64,000 nt of DNA, taken from contig NW_024704742.1 of NCBI RefSeq assembly GCF_018977255.1, positions 15,750,001-15,814,000 on the forward strand, given 5' to 3'. Shown here piece by piece: positions 24,853 to 38,724 of this stretch. Numbering within the stretch: the first letter of the stretch is position 1; every line of letters begins with the position of its first letter. The notes beneath the pieces were generated by a model that had not been told where the DNA came from, ran no database searches, and saw only the letters and a program-made list of their open reading frames with translations. The stretch is from Callorhinchus milii. Taxonomy: Eukaryota. The position numbers were made by a program, and so were the translations under genes.

Positions 24853-25177
24853 TGGAAGTCCTGTAGCTCAGTGGTTAGAGCACTCGCTTTGCAAGCGAGA
24901 GACCTGAGTTCAATTCCAGGTAGGGCGAAACCTTGGGCAAGTTTCCTTACTCCATATGCCTAATAATAATCCCTCCAAAACCAAAAACAATAATAAATTG
25001 GTCATTTTCAATCTACGACTGTTTGTGGGACACTGCTGTGCGCAATTGGCTGCCGCGTTCACCCACAAATATACAGTCAATTCACTTTACAGTGTGTTCT
25101 GTGAAGCGCATTGGGACATTCTCCCGACGTGAAAAGCGCTATACCAAATGCAAGGATTATTATTATTATTATTATTA
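24853..25177 (+). mobile_element. Young tRNA-Ala SINE, full length
   Basis: Intact A and B boxes, anticodon-like loop TTTGCAA, tail loop CTCCC, (ATT)7. Confidence 0.93.
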
Positions 25178-28100
25178 CTGTGGTGTTCCTGTAACCGCAT
25201 CAGAATAGAGAAGGAAGTGGCATGGTGGTTTATCAACTGAATAAATAATTTGAAACCATTCTCTCCAATCATTAACAATGTGGTCAATATAGTGGTACAT
25301 TTGATATTTATCACATTGAATATGCCTGATATAGACCTCTCAGTGCTGTTCTCAATGGTATCTCATGCCCTCCCAATGCAAAAGCTGCTATATAGATGTG
25401 AACTTGTAATGATTTGAAGCTGGGCCTAGTTTATTTTGAAAATACACATCATCAGGAAGATAGTTGGTGCTTTTATAGAAATCAATTTAGCAATACATTC
25501 ATTATGTCTCACATCGAACATCCAGAGACAGACTCACTTTCCTCAAGTCGCTCTCAATCACAGGTATTGTGCTTTCACTTGTGAATCACAGTCTTCAACT
25601 AGCAGGTAATGGCCATTCTGAGTCTTTGTTTCAATATAAAATGAGTATCTCACGAACCATAAGATGATGCCCAGAATCTGCAAAGCGGAGGTTCAATTCC
25701 TACTTTATTTCCATTCAGACCTGCGTCAGGGAGAGAGGGTCTGATTGCAGACATCTAATGTGAAAAAATGAAAGGTGTAACTGCATTGATCCTGATAACT
25801 CGGTTGTATGACTCAATGTATAATTCAGTGTTCTAACAAAGCTCCAAATACAATAGCTTCCTTTTTCGGCGGCCTGTTAAATTACTAAGCCTAGCTACAA
25901 AAAGAAAGGGGCAGTTGTAAATGTGGTACTCTTTTACGGTGTGAAATGTTCTTCATTTTGTAGATAGTTATTATTCTCACATACTACACTGAAGAAATAT
26001 GTGTCTTCCACGTGAGGAGGCATTGGATTGCTCTGCTGAGACAAGGCTGACCTATATTAGCAGCGGGGATGGTGTCCCTGAGTTGATCCAATTTTAAAGG
26101 GCTTTCCTATATTCCTGCACACACAGGAATCTCAGTGGTACTGGGAGCACCTGAGAGAGTTAGCAGCTGAAAATTAAACTAGGCTTAATGAACCCTTACC
26201 CAAAGAAAATGATTAGATATCTTAATGGACAAAGCAAAGGATCAAACCAACAGCATGGATCATTAATAGCACCTTTGGTTCAGTTAATCTCTTTTTATTA
26301 TCCAAAACTCTAATTCATTATGGGACTGGATCACTTGACTCTGATCACAGAAGCTAATAAAAATATTTAACCAACCACACACGGAACGCTGTCGATATTT
26401 CATTCAGCTTTAAGAGTCCACAATGAAATATAAACTTTTAAAAGGAGAAAAAAGGGATGTTTCAGTTAGCACAATCTTGGGACTAATTGAAAATGGGATC
26501 TAAAGAAAGAAACACTAATGTGCATCTAGTTATAGAAATCTCAGTGTGAGATTATTGCTGAACAACTGTCAGGTAATTCCCAGGCAAATTAACTGGAAGA
26601 AAAACAAATGTCATTATCTCTCGGCAATTTACACTAATATACTGTACTTGATTGTTATAAACTAACTTTTTTAGATCCATTAAATATTTGTAGTCTTTTT
26701 CCTTTTCCTTTACTCCTTTTCCTACAAAAAAATGAACTTTCATTAAGCTTAAAGTTTAACTCGATATAACTCTTTTAACCTGATACAGTATGAGGTGGCT
26801 CAGATTATCTGCAGGTTGAGATTTAAAGAACAAATACTCCTGTTGAGAGGGACATTGGTAAGAATTGCCTTTTTATTGTGTTGCTGGAGATCTTGCTTTC
26901 ACAATGTAACAGCAGCTGTCTCTGTGCTCTGTGTTATATGATAGGGAAAAGGTGAATGTGTTGTTGCGTTTCACTACTGTTCTACTTCAGGTTTTGTTTC
27001 ACACTGTAGTGCTGAGAATCAGATCCCTCTAAAGGGTACGTGTATTTTATAGAGTTGTTACATCATCCTAAATGTTACAAAGAGAGATATCTGCACATAG
27101 AAAAATAAATAAAATGTCCGCACAGAAAAGGACCCATTATGTCTGTGCCATTGCTATGTTTTCCTAAATCACCCTATTTAAAACAGTTTGAATAAGGGCT
27201 TTGGGAATGAACAACCATCAGGAAAAGAGCTAATAATTTCTTCTCTGTATCAAACAGACCTTACAGAAATTCCACCTGGATCTTAGACTTACTCAATTTT
27301 CTTAGCATTGCAGAGTGGTCAGAATTTGATAAATTCTTAAATGCGATCAGTATTTTTGAAGGTCATTTTCTGTTATAACTACAAATTATATTACATTTTT
27401 AATCTGGGATTAGCAGGCTCACGTGTATTTCTGTATTTGATCTTATTCTCATTGTCTCCAACATCTCCAGCCCGACAAAGCTTATTTCTTCATTTCCATT
27501 ACCTCCCTTATCCCTTACCCAATTCCCTGCCACTAAACCTGCCACCATCACATCCAGCCTCCTTCCCTGCATGCCCCTTGGTACAACAGCCACCTCCACT
27601 TCCTAAAGTCCCAAGTCCATGCTGTCGAATGCATGTGGCTTAAATCTGGCCTCACTTTCCACTGCCAGATCTGGCTGGATCACACCAAATCCTGCTTCTT
27701 CGCTCTCACCATCAGTGGATGAGTTTTCATCAATTCTGCCTCTAGAACTTTATCCCAGTGTCCCTTCTTCCCAACTTTTAAAGTTCATCTGAAGACTTAT
27801 CTCTTTGACTGCACTTTTGATCAACTCCCATATTTCCCCTTCCCTCCAGCACAGACATGATGGGTTGAATGGCCTCCTACTGGGCTGTATAATTTTTTCA
27901 TGTTTTGCTTGGGCGCTTTGAGACATCCTCACAAAGTGAAAGGAGGTAGATAAATGTAAATTGTATTATATTGTACTCTAAGGTAGATAATCCAAATGTT
28001 TATCTGCTAATATCTAATGGTATCTTCTATCTATTCCATTCTCATGAGTTATCATTCGTTCTCATAATTCTTTAACAATAAAGTGCCAGTTACACTGTGC

Positions 28101-29179
28101 TTTCCGATGTCAAAGTTGTGTTGTATTGCTAATTCAGAGGGACTTTAAAGTTTCAAAATCATGAGGTCATGTTTTTTTCAATACAGCACAAACAGATGGA
28201 AACAGTGTTGGAGACGTGCAAGTCTGCTTTCGCTAGAGCTGGCAGTCTGCCTCTGCCTTTGTGGAATATATACATATAGTCTTCAACATCACGGAGATGG
28301 TAAAAAAAATCACCAGCTGGAAAGTAGTGAGCTGAATAAAAGTTGTGACAATATAACTAGGACTTATGCAAACATAAACAAACAAGACACTGTTTGCACG
28401 AAAATAAATGAAATTACACTGAAGGGACAAAAGACTTTTAAGTTGCCAATCTAATACTGTGATAAGAGATTAAATCGAGATAAACATTAATCTTTCTTCA
28501 GCTAATGGGAAATGTCATGGTGAGATATGTAAACATTTATTTACCATATGAAATTGTGTACAAGTACTATTGAAATAAATGATCATCTTGGAAATTAGTC
28601 GTTTGGTTGGGAGGCACATTATTTGGTTTGTCACTGATAAGCAGAGAAAAGCTGTTCTCTGCTATTGGACGCATCCACTTTGGTTCCTGTAATTACTCTG
28701 CTTTCAGTCTAGTATAATCATGTCAATACCATTCTCTTCCTTAAAGTCTTGTTGCCACGGGCTAATGACATGTGTTTGACTTTATTTAACGTTCACCTTG
28801 CCAAAAATGTGTGTTTCATATAGTTTGAAGTAATACTCCACGGATAGATACCATACCCTCTCCACAGAATCTTATACATCCTGCTTACTAGCAGGTGCTA
28901 ATCATACAAGTACGGAGAATACAATCTTCTTTCACCATATGGAGCAAATGCATACTCTTCTGTTGACTGTAATGGTCTCCCTTCCCCTTCTCCAATTTGG
29001 ATGTACAAATTACCATCACCAGATGACCTTCTGTGCTGCCCCATAATCTTAAAAATTGAATAAAAATAAACATTTAAAAATGAGAATTATCTTTGATGGA
29101 GTGAAATGTATGGCAGAAAGAATGCCTGTTAGCAGAAGGACATTTTGTTACACAGATGCTGCTTAGACAGGACATTGTG

Positions 29180-29530
29180 CATGTGCAGGTCACTCATCCT
29201 CACACTCGTCTACAAATCCCTTCATCACCTGGCACCTTCCTACTCCACCACCTGCTGCCTCCACTCAGCTTGCTTCGGCCTCCTGCTTGTCCCTCGTCCC
29301 CTCTGCTCCACCAGCGGCAGCCACCCTTTCAGCGACTAGGTCCTGAAATTTTGGAACTCTGTCCCTCAATCCCTCTGTCTTGTCCCTTCTTTCCCATTTT
29401 CAGATCACACCTGAAGACCATCCTCTTCACCTTCCCTTCACTTTGGCATCAAGCTCTGCCAGTGTTAACTGCTGGGAGTCACTACCCCACATGAAGGGCG
29501 CTATATAAATGCAAGTTGTTGTAGTTGGTG
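29180..29530 (+). mobile_element. Older L2 3' fragment
   Basis: LILTLVYKSLHHLAPSY and FRSHLKTILF; tail GAAGGGCGCTATATAAATGCAAGTTGTT. Confidence 0.8.
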
Positions 29531-31079
29531 GTGATGGCAAATCTCCTACAACTTCCAGCTCAGACAGATGTTGCACAGTTTGGTTTCAGTCAGATCCAGG
29601 CATTCTCTATGCAATTATGAAGGAATTAAACTTAAACTAAAAAGTTGGGAGGAATTCACACATCAGATTGGAATGAGCTGTAACGCAAAATGGAAAATGT
29701 GCTCATATAAATCTAATCCACTAGTTCATGAATTCTGCGTCCCGCTCCAGATAATTCTAATGCTGGTTATTAACAGGAATTAATTACAGAGAATTATACA
29801 TATAAGAAACTGCACCTGAAATGATAACCTATGTTATGTGCTTTCATTAAAAAAAGATGAAATGTGCTTCTCCAGCTGAATGTGACCTGGTTGAAAAGCA
29901 TTAAATTACAGATTATGCATCACATTTATATTCTATCTTCTCATCTCCAGTGAGGCTAAACTTATTTTTATTTGACAATATTGTATTGTTCTTGATATTT
30001 ATATATTCATGGCACTGATGTAAAGCTCAGTATCAAAATTACTATTTATGACCCAGCTCATGAATATAGATAAAGAAATACCTTGAAGTTCAGCAAATGG
30101 CTTCATTTTGACAATATGTACTTAGAAGCTACAGGTTCAGAATAAGCTAAAAAAAAGGATGGTCTGTTGCTGTAAAATGAATCTGCTTATCAAAGGTACC
30201 AAAGTAAAAACATTGCATTTAACATTTTATCTTGTTATTTTCAGTTTAGTTTGTATGAGGGGCAGCTTGTTTGAAGGGTAAATAAATGAATACTTCAACA
30301 TTGTCTGTGATGCCAATGCAGAGCTGTATTAATCATGGCCTTGTTGTTTATAAATTTAAGGGGCTGTGCGAATGGATGGGTGTCTGTATTATAACCGTGA
30401 CAGACCAGTAGATCCAGACAAATTCTGACAGATTGGTTCATGAACCTGGTTTATTAATAGAGTGTCTCTCCAGAATCCCTATCAGGATCAAACAGCATTT
30501 CCAAGCCCAGTGATGTTTCAACCATCTGTACTCCCTGTGACCTGCATCCCCTCTATGCTAAGCTCTGATTCAAGGGTGTTACTCAATTAACATAACTCAT
30601 GACTCCCTAGTCATTCTCTAGGGCTCTATCAGTGAGACCTCAGGCTTCCTCTGTTTCCCATGGCCCTGCAAATGCTTCTTTCACTCTCAGGTATAGTATC
30701 AATGGACTTATTGTTTCACAGTGAGTGCATCTCCTTAGTATCTCCACAGTTTCATTCCCAAAGTCATATAGTATATACAATGACTGAGTGTTCATGTGTT
30801 TATGCAACTGTGTATATCTAGTTCTATCGATTATGTAAAGCTGTGTGTATGTGTGTGGGAGCATGAGGCCCACGATCTCATGCTTCCAGAATACCCACCC
30901 TACTGTACCCTCATCACTGCATCAAAACCTCATGGTATCTTTGCTGAAGAAATCGCCCTTTACCATTCTATTCTTATATCCATTTGTTCCAATGCATCGG
31001 GACATCCTCTTGGTGTGAAAGGCACTATATCAACGTAATTTGCTGTTATTGTTGTTCTACTGTCATGAGACATCCTAAA

Positions 31080-31560
31080 CTTTTGATCTGGGTTTACTTT
31101 TTCAATGCCATTTAACATGTTGTACACCTCTATGAGATCCCCTCTAAGTCATTTTCTATTAAGACTGAAGAGCCCTAGTTTGTCTAGTTGTTACTCATTC
31201 TTCTAACACTGGGATCATACTTGACATCCTCTGCACTGTTGCTAGGACGTGGACAGTCCCCTTATATCACAGTGACCAGAACTGTGTGCAGTATTCAAGG
31301 TGCAGTCTGATCAGATCATTGTACATCCTGAAAATGATGTCTGGGAATCTCAACTCAACTGATTGAGCAATATATCCCAGCATCCTGTTTGCCGCGTTTA
31401 TTGCTGGTTCACATGGTTTTGACATAGTGAGAGATGGGTCAACTAACACCCCTAGATCTATTTTCAGTTTCCCCCTTGGTAAATTCAATCCATTCATAGA
31501 GTACTTGCGTTTCCTATATTTGGATCCTATACATAGTACATTTATCAGTATTAAATTTCA
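31080..31560 (-). mobile_element. Old CR1 ORF2 fragment
   Basis: ORF 31267..31497 DLGVLVD..ANRMLGYI..LIRLHLEYCTQFWS. Confidence 0.85.
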
Positions 31561-31719
31561 ATGTATGTGTGTGTTTATATATATTTATATATACATGGAT
31601 GAATAGGCATATGCATTGTATGTATCATAATATTTATTTATATCTTACATGTGATCAAGTTTATTTTTTTAGAATCCCCAATATCTGAGTCTCTCTGGAC
31701 CGGGAAGAAACTCCAGAAG

Positions 31720-32582
31720 AAAGGGTACAAATACAAATTAGCTAACGTTATACCTATATTTAAAAAGGGAGATAAAACAAGCCCAGGGAACTATACACCT
31801 GTCAGCTTAACATCGGTAGGAAAGATAATGGAATCCTTAATGAAAGAGGTAATTGAAAAACATCTAGAAACCGGAAATATAATAATCAAAATGGAGTAAA
31901 GGAGCAAATAGATCTAGGGGCACAGATAAACAAATCACTAAAAGTACCGACTGAAGTTAATAAGGCCATTAAAAAAAGCAAACCAAGCATTGGGGTTCAT
32001 TTCTAGAGAGATAGAAATGAAAACCAGGGACGTTTTGCTAAACCTATATCGAAACTTGGTTAGACTGCACTTAGAATACTGTGTGCAGTTCTGTTCCCCA
32101 TATTATAGAAAAGGATATAGAAGGCACAGGAGAAGGTGCAAAGGAGATTTACAAGCTTGGACTCTTTTCTCTTGAAAAGAGAAAGGTGAGAGATGACCTA
32201 ATCGAGGTCTTTAAAATGATGAAAAGTTTTGATAGATCGACATAGGGAAAATGTTTCCACTTGTGGGGAGACCAAAACCAGGGACCATAAATATAAAATA
32301 GTCACCAATAAATCAAATAGGGAAGTCAGAAGAAACTTCTTTACCCAGAGAGTGGAGAGAATGTGGAACTTGCTACCACAAGGAGTAGTTGAGGCGAGTA
32401 ACATAGATGCATTTAAGGGTAAGCTAGATAGGTACATGAGGGAGAAAGGAATAGAAGGTTATGCTGACAGCCTTAGTTGAGGAAGGGCAGGAGGAGACTC
32501 ATGTGGAGCATAAATGCCGGCATAGACCAGTTGGGCTGAATGGCCTGTTTCTGTGCTGTATATTCTATGTAATTCTATGTAA
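31720..32582 (+). mobile_element. CR1 LINE with the RT core deleted
   Basis: ANVIPIFKKGDKTSPGNYTPVSLTS..IEKHLE joins at about 31890 directly to the post-RT region (DLG.., LHLEYCVQF, FFTQRVERMWNLLP); tail (ATTCTATGTA)2. Confidence 0.9.
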
Positions 32583-33929
32583 AATAACATTTGAAAGGGA
32601 TGAAAGAAGTGTGGAGATTCAGATGTGACTGAAGGTGCACTTCAATGAGAAGGCTTTTAAGGAGATTTATTAAAGGGAAGGAGGTAGCAAAAATCTATGA
32701 GCTTAGTGAGCCCCGATGGCTGAAGGCTCGACCTCTGATGGTGCTGCACAGGGAATGAGTCACAAACAGCAAACCAGAATTAGTATAGGCTGCGATATAG
32801 GACTGGACAACAGTGGACAGAAAGGGTGGTGCGAGGCAGTGGGATAATTTGAAAACAGATCAAAACTGCCTTAATTTTATTACAAATGTACTCAATAGTT
32901 CTTGTGTGATGATTATGAAATACAGCTTTAGTAAGGAACAGATTTTTCTTATGAGGAAATAAATAAATATTAAAATAAAATACAAAACGGAGGAACACTT
33001 CAATATATGATTTTAAAATTGGTAGCAGCTTTGAAGCAAGATAGAGATAAATGATCTTCAAACTTTGGATATGTCCACATAAACCTTAATGGTTATTTCC
33101 AATCTTGTATGTTTCTATGTAAAGTTAAATGTTGTGAATATCTCAGGAAGAAAGAAAACAATTCAACAATCCTGCATCAATTCACAATACAAAATAGATT
33201 CAGTCTCGAAGGTATGATAGCTCATATCAAATGGAATGCCTAAACATCCATAATTTTCAGCATATTGCGAGTTCAACAAGGTCTCTGATATGATTTTTGT
33301 TTGCAAATCAATTGGGAGATTCCCTATGAGATTTGCTTAAAACCAAATTGTGATATGAATAGCTGGCAAAAGCTGCCTTTTGCTTTCTGACCTTTTGTTT
33401 TCTGGCCTTTTGTTGGCCCAAAAAGTCTCAGCACCAGATGGCAGATACTGCATGTTTCCATAGCATTGGATGAAATTGGGTTCAAGCATTTTTTTTTCTA
33501 AATGAGTTGCAGTCAATCTCTGATTTTGCATGGAGAATGGTTTAGTTTGTAACTACCTCACGCTGGATCATGCCTTTAATGGAAAACACAGAGAGGTATG
33601 CAGCTGTCGCTGGTATTCAGCTCCGTGCTTGTGTAATGTTAGAATTCATTAACCGGGATCTACAACAACGATGGCAGCCATCCAGTGCAGATTACTTCAA
33701 AGCCAAAGCACACTGTGTAATAGCATTGCAATATTCCTAATCATCATTTAGGTCATTTTATTTCCATTCATCACTTGAAAACATTATATCATTCGACAAA
33801 AACATCGTAAACATCTCAAATATCAAAAGATAAACAACTAAAAATACAATAATTGTTCCAAACACAGCATTTGTTTAGTTCATTATTTTAAAATATAAAG
33901 CAATTTTATGCAAATATAGTACTTTTCCC

Positions 33930-34670
33930 TCCAATTAACTGACAGTCCTCCTTGAGGGGGAAGAAAGTGGAGTCTTCGTAGAACTGAACTGGCTCCAAGA
34001 TAACATAAGAATCATAGAATTATACAGCACAGAAAGAGGCTATTTGGCCCATCGTGTCCGTACTGGTTATTTGAAAAGAACTATCCAAATCCATCCCACT
34101 CCCCCGCGCTCTCCCCATAGCTCTGCAAACTTGTCTTCCCTCACATATTTGCAATGGAATATCAGGAATGACCCCACCCTCTGTGGCAGTCTTGGAAGCC
34201 CAGTTCCTGAGCCAAGTGGGTCTCCAGTATTCTAGGACACTGCTAATAACAGTACAGCCAGGCTCGCTCATTGGCAGGACCTTGAAGGGCAGATCAGTTA
34301 CTGGGGGTAGGGATTCTTCCCAACTCCTGTTTGCTCTGAAAGCCAAGGCCCTAACCATTAATGTAGTCCTGGACAAGCAGCTGAAAGCTTGCCAGACAGT
34401 AATATCATTAGCAAGCTAGCAGTTTCAGCTGGTTAGACTCCAGCCTTAGCTGTGTCCCAAGCCTTAGCTGTTGCCAACCTGAGCCTAATATTCCCTGGAA
34501 TTAGCTAAGCAGGAAGCATTGCTCCAGGGCGAGAGTGCAAATCCCAATAAATAACTCAGGAATTTCCATGTACAGACAGGATACATGGAACTCTCAGTTG
34601 GGTTTTGATACTCTTAAGCATGGGGATGGTTTTCTGCATCTTCTCGATACCCAGCTGAACCCCAAAAAAA
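33930..34670 (+). repeat. Longest copy of an unclassified old interspersed repeat, interrupted by the CR1 tail at 34003-34150
   Basis: Visible similarity to 1020-1320, 6520-6660, 12370-12445, 41385-41660 and 55720-55845. Confidence 0.6.
34003..34150 (-). mobile_element. CR1 3' tail fragment
   Basis: CATAGAATTATACAGCACAGAAAGAGGCTATTTGGCCCATCG...CCCCATAGCTCTGCAAAC; homologous to the reverse complement of 14380-14506 and to 36355-36490. Confidence 0.85.
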
Positions 34671-34684
34671 TTGTACATATGCAA

Positions 34685-34985
34685 TACAAAATTACATTTG
34701 TATCCTGCATTTCATGTCAAGGACGTCCCAAGGTGCCAGACAGTCGGGGATTTGGTTCCGAGCTGGGTGTTAGGATCAGGGATGGTGGAGGGTAGGGAAG
34801 ATAGGAGGTTGGCCAAAGGCACGGTCAAAGAGGAGGATCTTTGGACGTGCCTTGACGGAAGCAAGGGAGGGAGCGAGATGAAGAGAATGTGGGTTGGAGT
34901 TCCAAAGAGTGGTGGCAGAGAGGCTGAAGACTCGACCATCGATGGTGGTGTGGGTCGGGTGGGGAACGTGGATCAGGGCACAGCC
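34685..34985 (-). mobile_element. L2 3' fragment
   Basis: FSLSATTLWNS..VKARPKILLFDRAFG in ORF 34776..35048; tail GGACGTCCCAAGG. Confidence 0.85.
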
Positions 34986-36354
34986 TGCTGCCCAAATCCA
35001 GGATAGAACCAAGGAATTATACAATCTTATCACATGGTTGGAAGCCATTTGGCTTATATTTTTGTGACTGTGTTCACTCCTCCAAGAAACGAATCCAAAT
35101 TCGCCTCATCTCAAATCAGTTTTAAACTGTTGCAAATTCCACCCCATTGTGTGATGACATATAGTTTTATGGGTGAAGATTACAATGGGATAAAATTTGC
35201 AACCTTCCTTAACCCACTCCTTGTGTCAACTAGTGCAGTGTGGAGTATAAAACAGGTTAGCATTTGTAATTAAAAGTTGACATTCATTATCGCCAGCATT
35301 AAATTCACCCAGGTGATCAGGGCTGCTCTTGAGATCCCAGTTACTCCCTCCAATCTGCTGGTTTCATGACAGATCTCTGTTTAAAAAAACTACAGTTATA
35401 TGTGTTGTGGTATCTGTGACAACAATGGTGCTGCTGAAATCTTTGGACTAATTTGCGTTCAACTATTGTGCCTTTAATGAGGCGTAGAAACTCACAATCA
35501 TAGCCCCCCACTTCCAGCTCGCTCCTGTGCTGATGATGGCCTGAGGTCAGAAATTTAGGGAACTCAATGAAATCTTCAGAAGAGGAAGAGGGAAGTGGAG
35601 AAAATTGGTGAAGAGGAAACAAAAACTACAAATACTTTTGTGTTTGACCTTAGACATCTCTTAACTGCCCCAGTGGAACTATGATAGGAAGAACTTGTTT
35701 ATCTTTGATATTTGAGAGCGAGACATCTGATAAACACAATGTCAGAACCTAGTCCCACACAGATCGGGTAAGAGTACAGTGTGTTTACAGCACATCACAT
35801 CACCTTTTCACTGTCAGTCTGAAGACATTTAATATCCAAAGGTACTGAACTTGTAATATGGACAATCCAATCTACGACCCTTACAAAGGGATTGATTTTC
35901 CCAATAACAACGAAAACAGGAATGACAGTGCAGGATGAGAATGATATCTATACCGGCCACCTTACACTCTCCTTCAGACTGTTGATATGTTACTCCCTTG
36001 ACAAACACAAATCAGTCTCCAATGTTAGATTCTTCGCAAGAGACATCTGCTTGTACTTCAATTGCTCTTTAAAACCCATTGAGCAACTTGAACAGTCGTA
36101 GAGGGAGCATTTCATTCAGCACAGAGCATTTCATTAGTGATGGAAGAGAATTGAAAACAAAATACTTTTCAATGTCAAGTGGAAATACAAGACTATAAAG
36201 AAATCTAGGGCCTGCAATGGAAGCCTACCTGTTGCCTCTAGTGACAATTAAAGCTGAGTCAATTACATCAAGAGAATTAGATAGAAACTTGAAGAATAAT
36301 GATATGACAGGGCAAGGAGAATGATCGGGTAAAGGGATTAATGTACAAAGCTCT

Positions 36355-36605
36355 ACCATAGAACCATAGAATTATACAGCACAGAAGGAGGCCACTGGCC
36401 CTCATGTCTGTGCTGGCTCTTTGAAAAGAGTTATCCAAATCAATTCCACTCCCCCGCTCTCTCCCCATAGCTCTGCAAACTTGTCCTCCCCCAAATAATT
36501 ATCTTCTTCTCTCTTAAAAGGTGTTATCGGATCCACTTACACCACCCTTTCAGGCAATGCATTCCAGATCTGAACAACTCGCTGTGTGAAAACAATTCTC
36601 TTAAT
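36355..36605 (-). mobile_element. CR1 3' fragment
   Basis: Same family as 12685-14506 (GGCAATGCATTCCAGATCTGAACAACTCGCTGTGTGAA). Confidence 0.85.
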
Positions 36606-36944
36606 CCTAGCGATGATACTCCTCTAGTGAGGAGCTGGAATGGCATAGATATAATGGATCAAATGGTAGACAGGAGATATGATAGTTCATTTCAGAGTAA
36701 AGAGAATAATACCTTGCAGTGTGTGATTAGAGGAAAAGAAAATGAAAAGCTGAATCATATATTAAAGATTTGAAGAGTAAAGGGAAGAGCTGTACTTACA
36801 GGGTGTTGGCTATGATTTAATGCGCTGGACTGTAAGAGGTCAAAAATAAGAAGAGTTTGTTGTTATGGTTAAGTATTGTAATCAATTGAGAGAACAAAAT
36901 AATGAAAAAGGGTATAAAATGCAGGTTAGGCTAATAGAAAAGAG

Positions 36945-37242
36945 AATGGAGTTTCTCCTGGTGTCCTAGTCAACAATCGCCTGAATCAAAACAAAGGTCA
37001 CTCACATCATGGCAGTTTAGGCTCCGCCACTCTGTTATGCGCTGTGAGATGCTACCCTATCTGAAGGATGTATACAAATACAATTTGTTGTTTTTATTTG
37101 TTGGAATATTTTGTCCGCACAGAGCTGCCACATTCACCAACAAATACACAGTCACTACACTTCACTGTGCTGTGAAGCATTTTGAGATGTCTCAACAACA
37201 TGAGAAGGTGCTATACCTAATGCAAAGATTATTATTAATAAT
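36945..37242 (+). mobile_element. DeuSINE 3' part with an internal L2-type tail fragment
   Basis: GGAGTTTCTCCTGGTGTCCTAGTCAACAATC...GTGAAGCATTTTGAGATGTC...AATGCAAAGATTATTA. Confidence 0.6.
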
Positions 37243-38724
37243 AGTTGCACAAATGATTCTACAATCTTTTGCATTGGTTAATTATATAATTTAAGTGTAC
37301 ATGTCGCATTTGGACCAAGTTATCCCTTGGGCTATTAGTTTACTTATTGCTGCTATCTATAAATAACAGGATATCAGAATAATGCTGATTTTTTTTTGTT
37401 GAGTTAGGCTGGTATCCCACAAGTCTGATAGCCAATATAGGACTATCTGGGTTTGGGCTCAACCCTTGTGATGGAGTTGGGTAAGGTCACTTAACTGTTT
37501 TGAGTTATGACTAGGCTTTGTTAACCATATTCATCAAAATGTGGTAATTAATACATCAGATGTCCCAATTTTGACCTCACAGTAAATCAGGACATTTTCA
37601 TGGTAAATGTATGTTTTTGCTTCTGTTGTATGAGGCATTTTGCCAGCTGTTAATTACCATTAAAAAACATTCCTTTTTCTGGGTTGAGTCTAGGAGGGCA
37701 AAATTCATCAGGAAGCAGGGATTGGGCTGCGTGTGGAACAGCAACAGATAAACATGAAGGAAGGAGACTCTTCACCACTTATAGACTGGCATGTAGAATC
37801 AGCAACAGATCTGAGAGACTCCTCAGCAAAATAATACTACTAATAATACTAATAATAATCTTTATATTTGATATAGCACCTTATCACATTGTTGAGATGT
37901 CTCAAAGCGCTTCACAAGATGCACTGTAAAGTGCAGTGCTTGTGTGTTTTGTGGCAGCACACAGCAGTTTCGCATAACAGTTGTGGATTGAGTGATCAAA
38001 TTATTTTTATCTAGGTAAATACAATATAGGACTAATATCCTAGATTAGAGTAATATGTTTAATATTAATATTAATAATATAATCCTTGTATTTGATATAG
38101 TGTCTTATTACGTCTGCGAGATGTCTCAAAGAGCTTCACAGAATGACAAACAGTCGTTTTTCTGGACATCAGACAAAGGTTAAGTAGTCAACCAATTTGT
38201 CTAAGCAGATGACACAGATTCATTTAATGATTACACAAGGCATTTTGCCAGCTGTTAAAAACATTAAAATCCGAAAGCACTGGCTGTGAAACTGCTATCT
38301 CTCTTGTCATTTAAACAGATAAAAAAATCTAACACTGTCACATTAATATGATATCATGTTACAGTCAAAGTCGTGCAGGATTCTTACATGGAAGGCAATG
38401 GAGACTGACACAAAATGTTACTGTAATCTAGAAAATACCACAAGTCACTTCATTCAAACATTGTTTCAAACAATAAGCATTAAATAATTGTTAGATATAA
38501 AGGTGAGTGTGGTTCTGAATGAGTTGCAGTTTACATTGTTAATGAAATAGCAGGCTGGCCTGGACACCATGATCAATTTGCATCATCATTTGAGTAAGGT
38601 TAGACTAGAAGGGGAATAGGAATGAGGCTCCTGAACAGACAGCGATTGTTCTCAACCACCAAATAGGAATGTTGGAATACATTTTCCCATGTTGCAATTT
38701 ATTACAGTAAATGATACCCGCTTA

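Noticed and set aside
24858..24930. tRNA-Ala gene (also the heads of the other seven copies and the fragment at 21639-21665)
   Set aside because: The T-stem is imperfect, there is no oligo-T terminator after the acceptor stem, and full copies always continue into the same body and tail, so these are SINE heads
24933..25208. Recurrent small ORFs (MGKFPYS.., MESCSSVV.., ..CKDYYYY) suggesting a peptide family
   Set aside because: They are translations of the SINE body and (ATT)n tail, with different frames and stops in each copy
35341..35622. 93-aa ORF as a host exon
   Set aside because: No recognisable family, and it overlaps a probable inverted copy of the unclassified repeat
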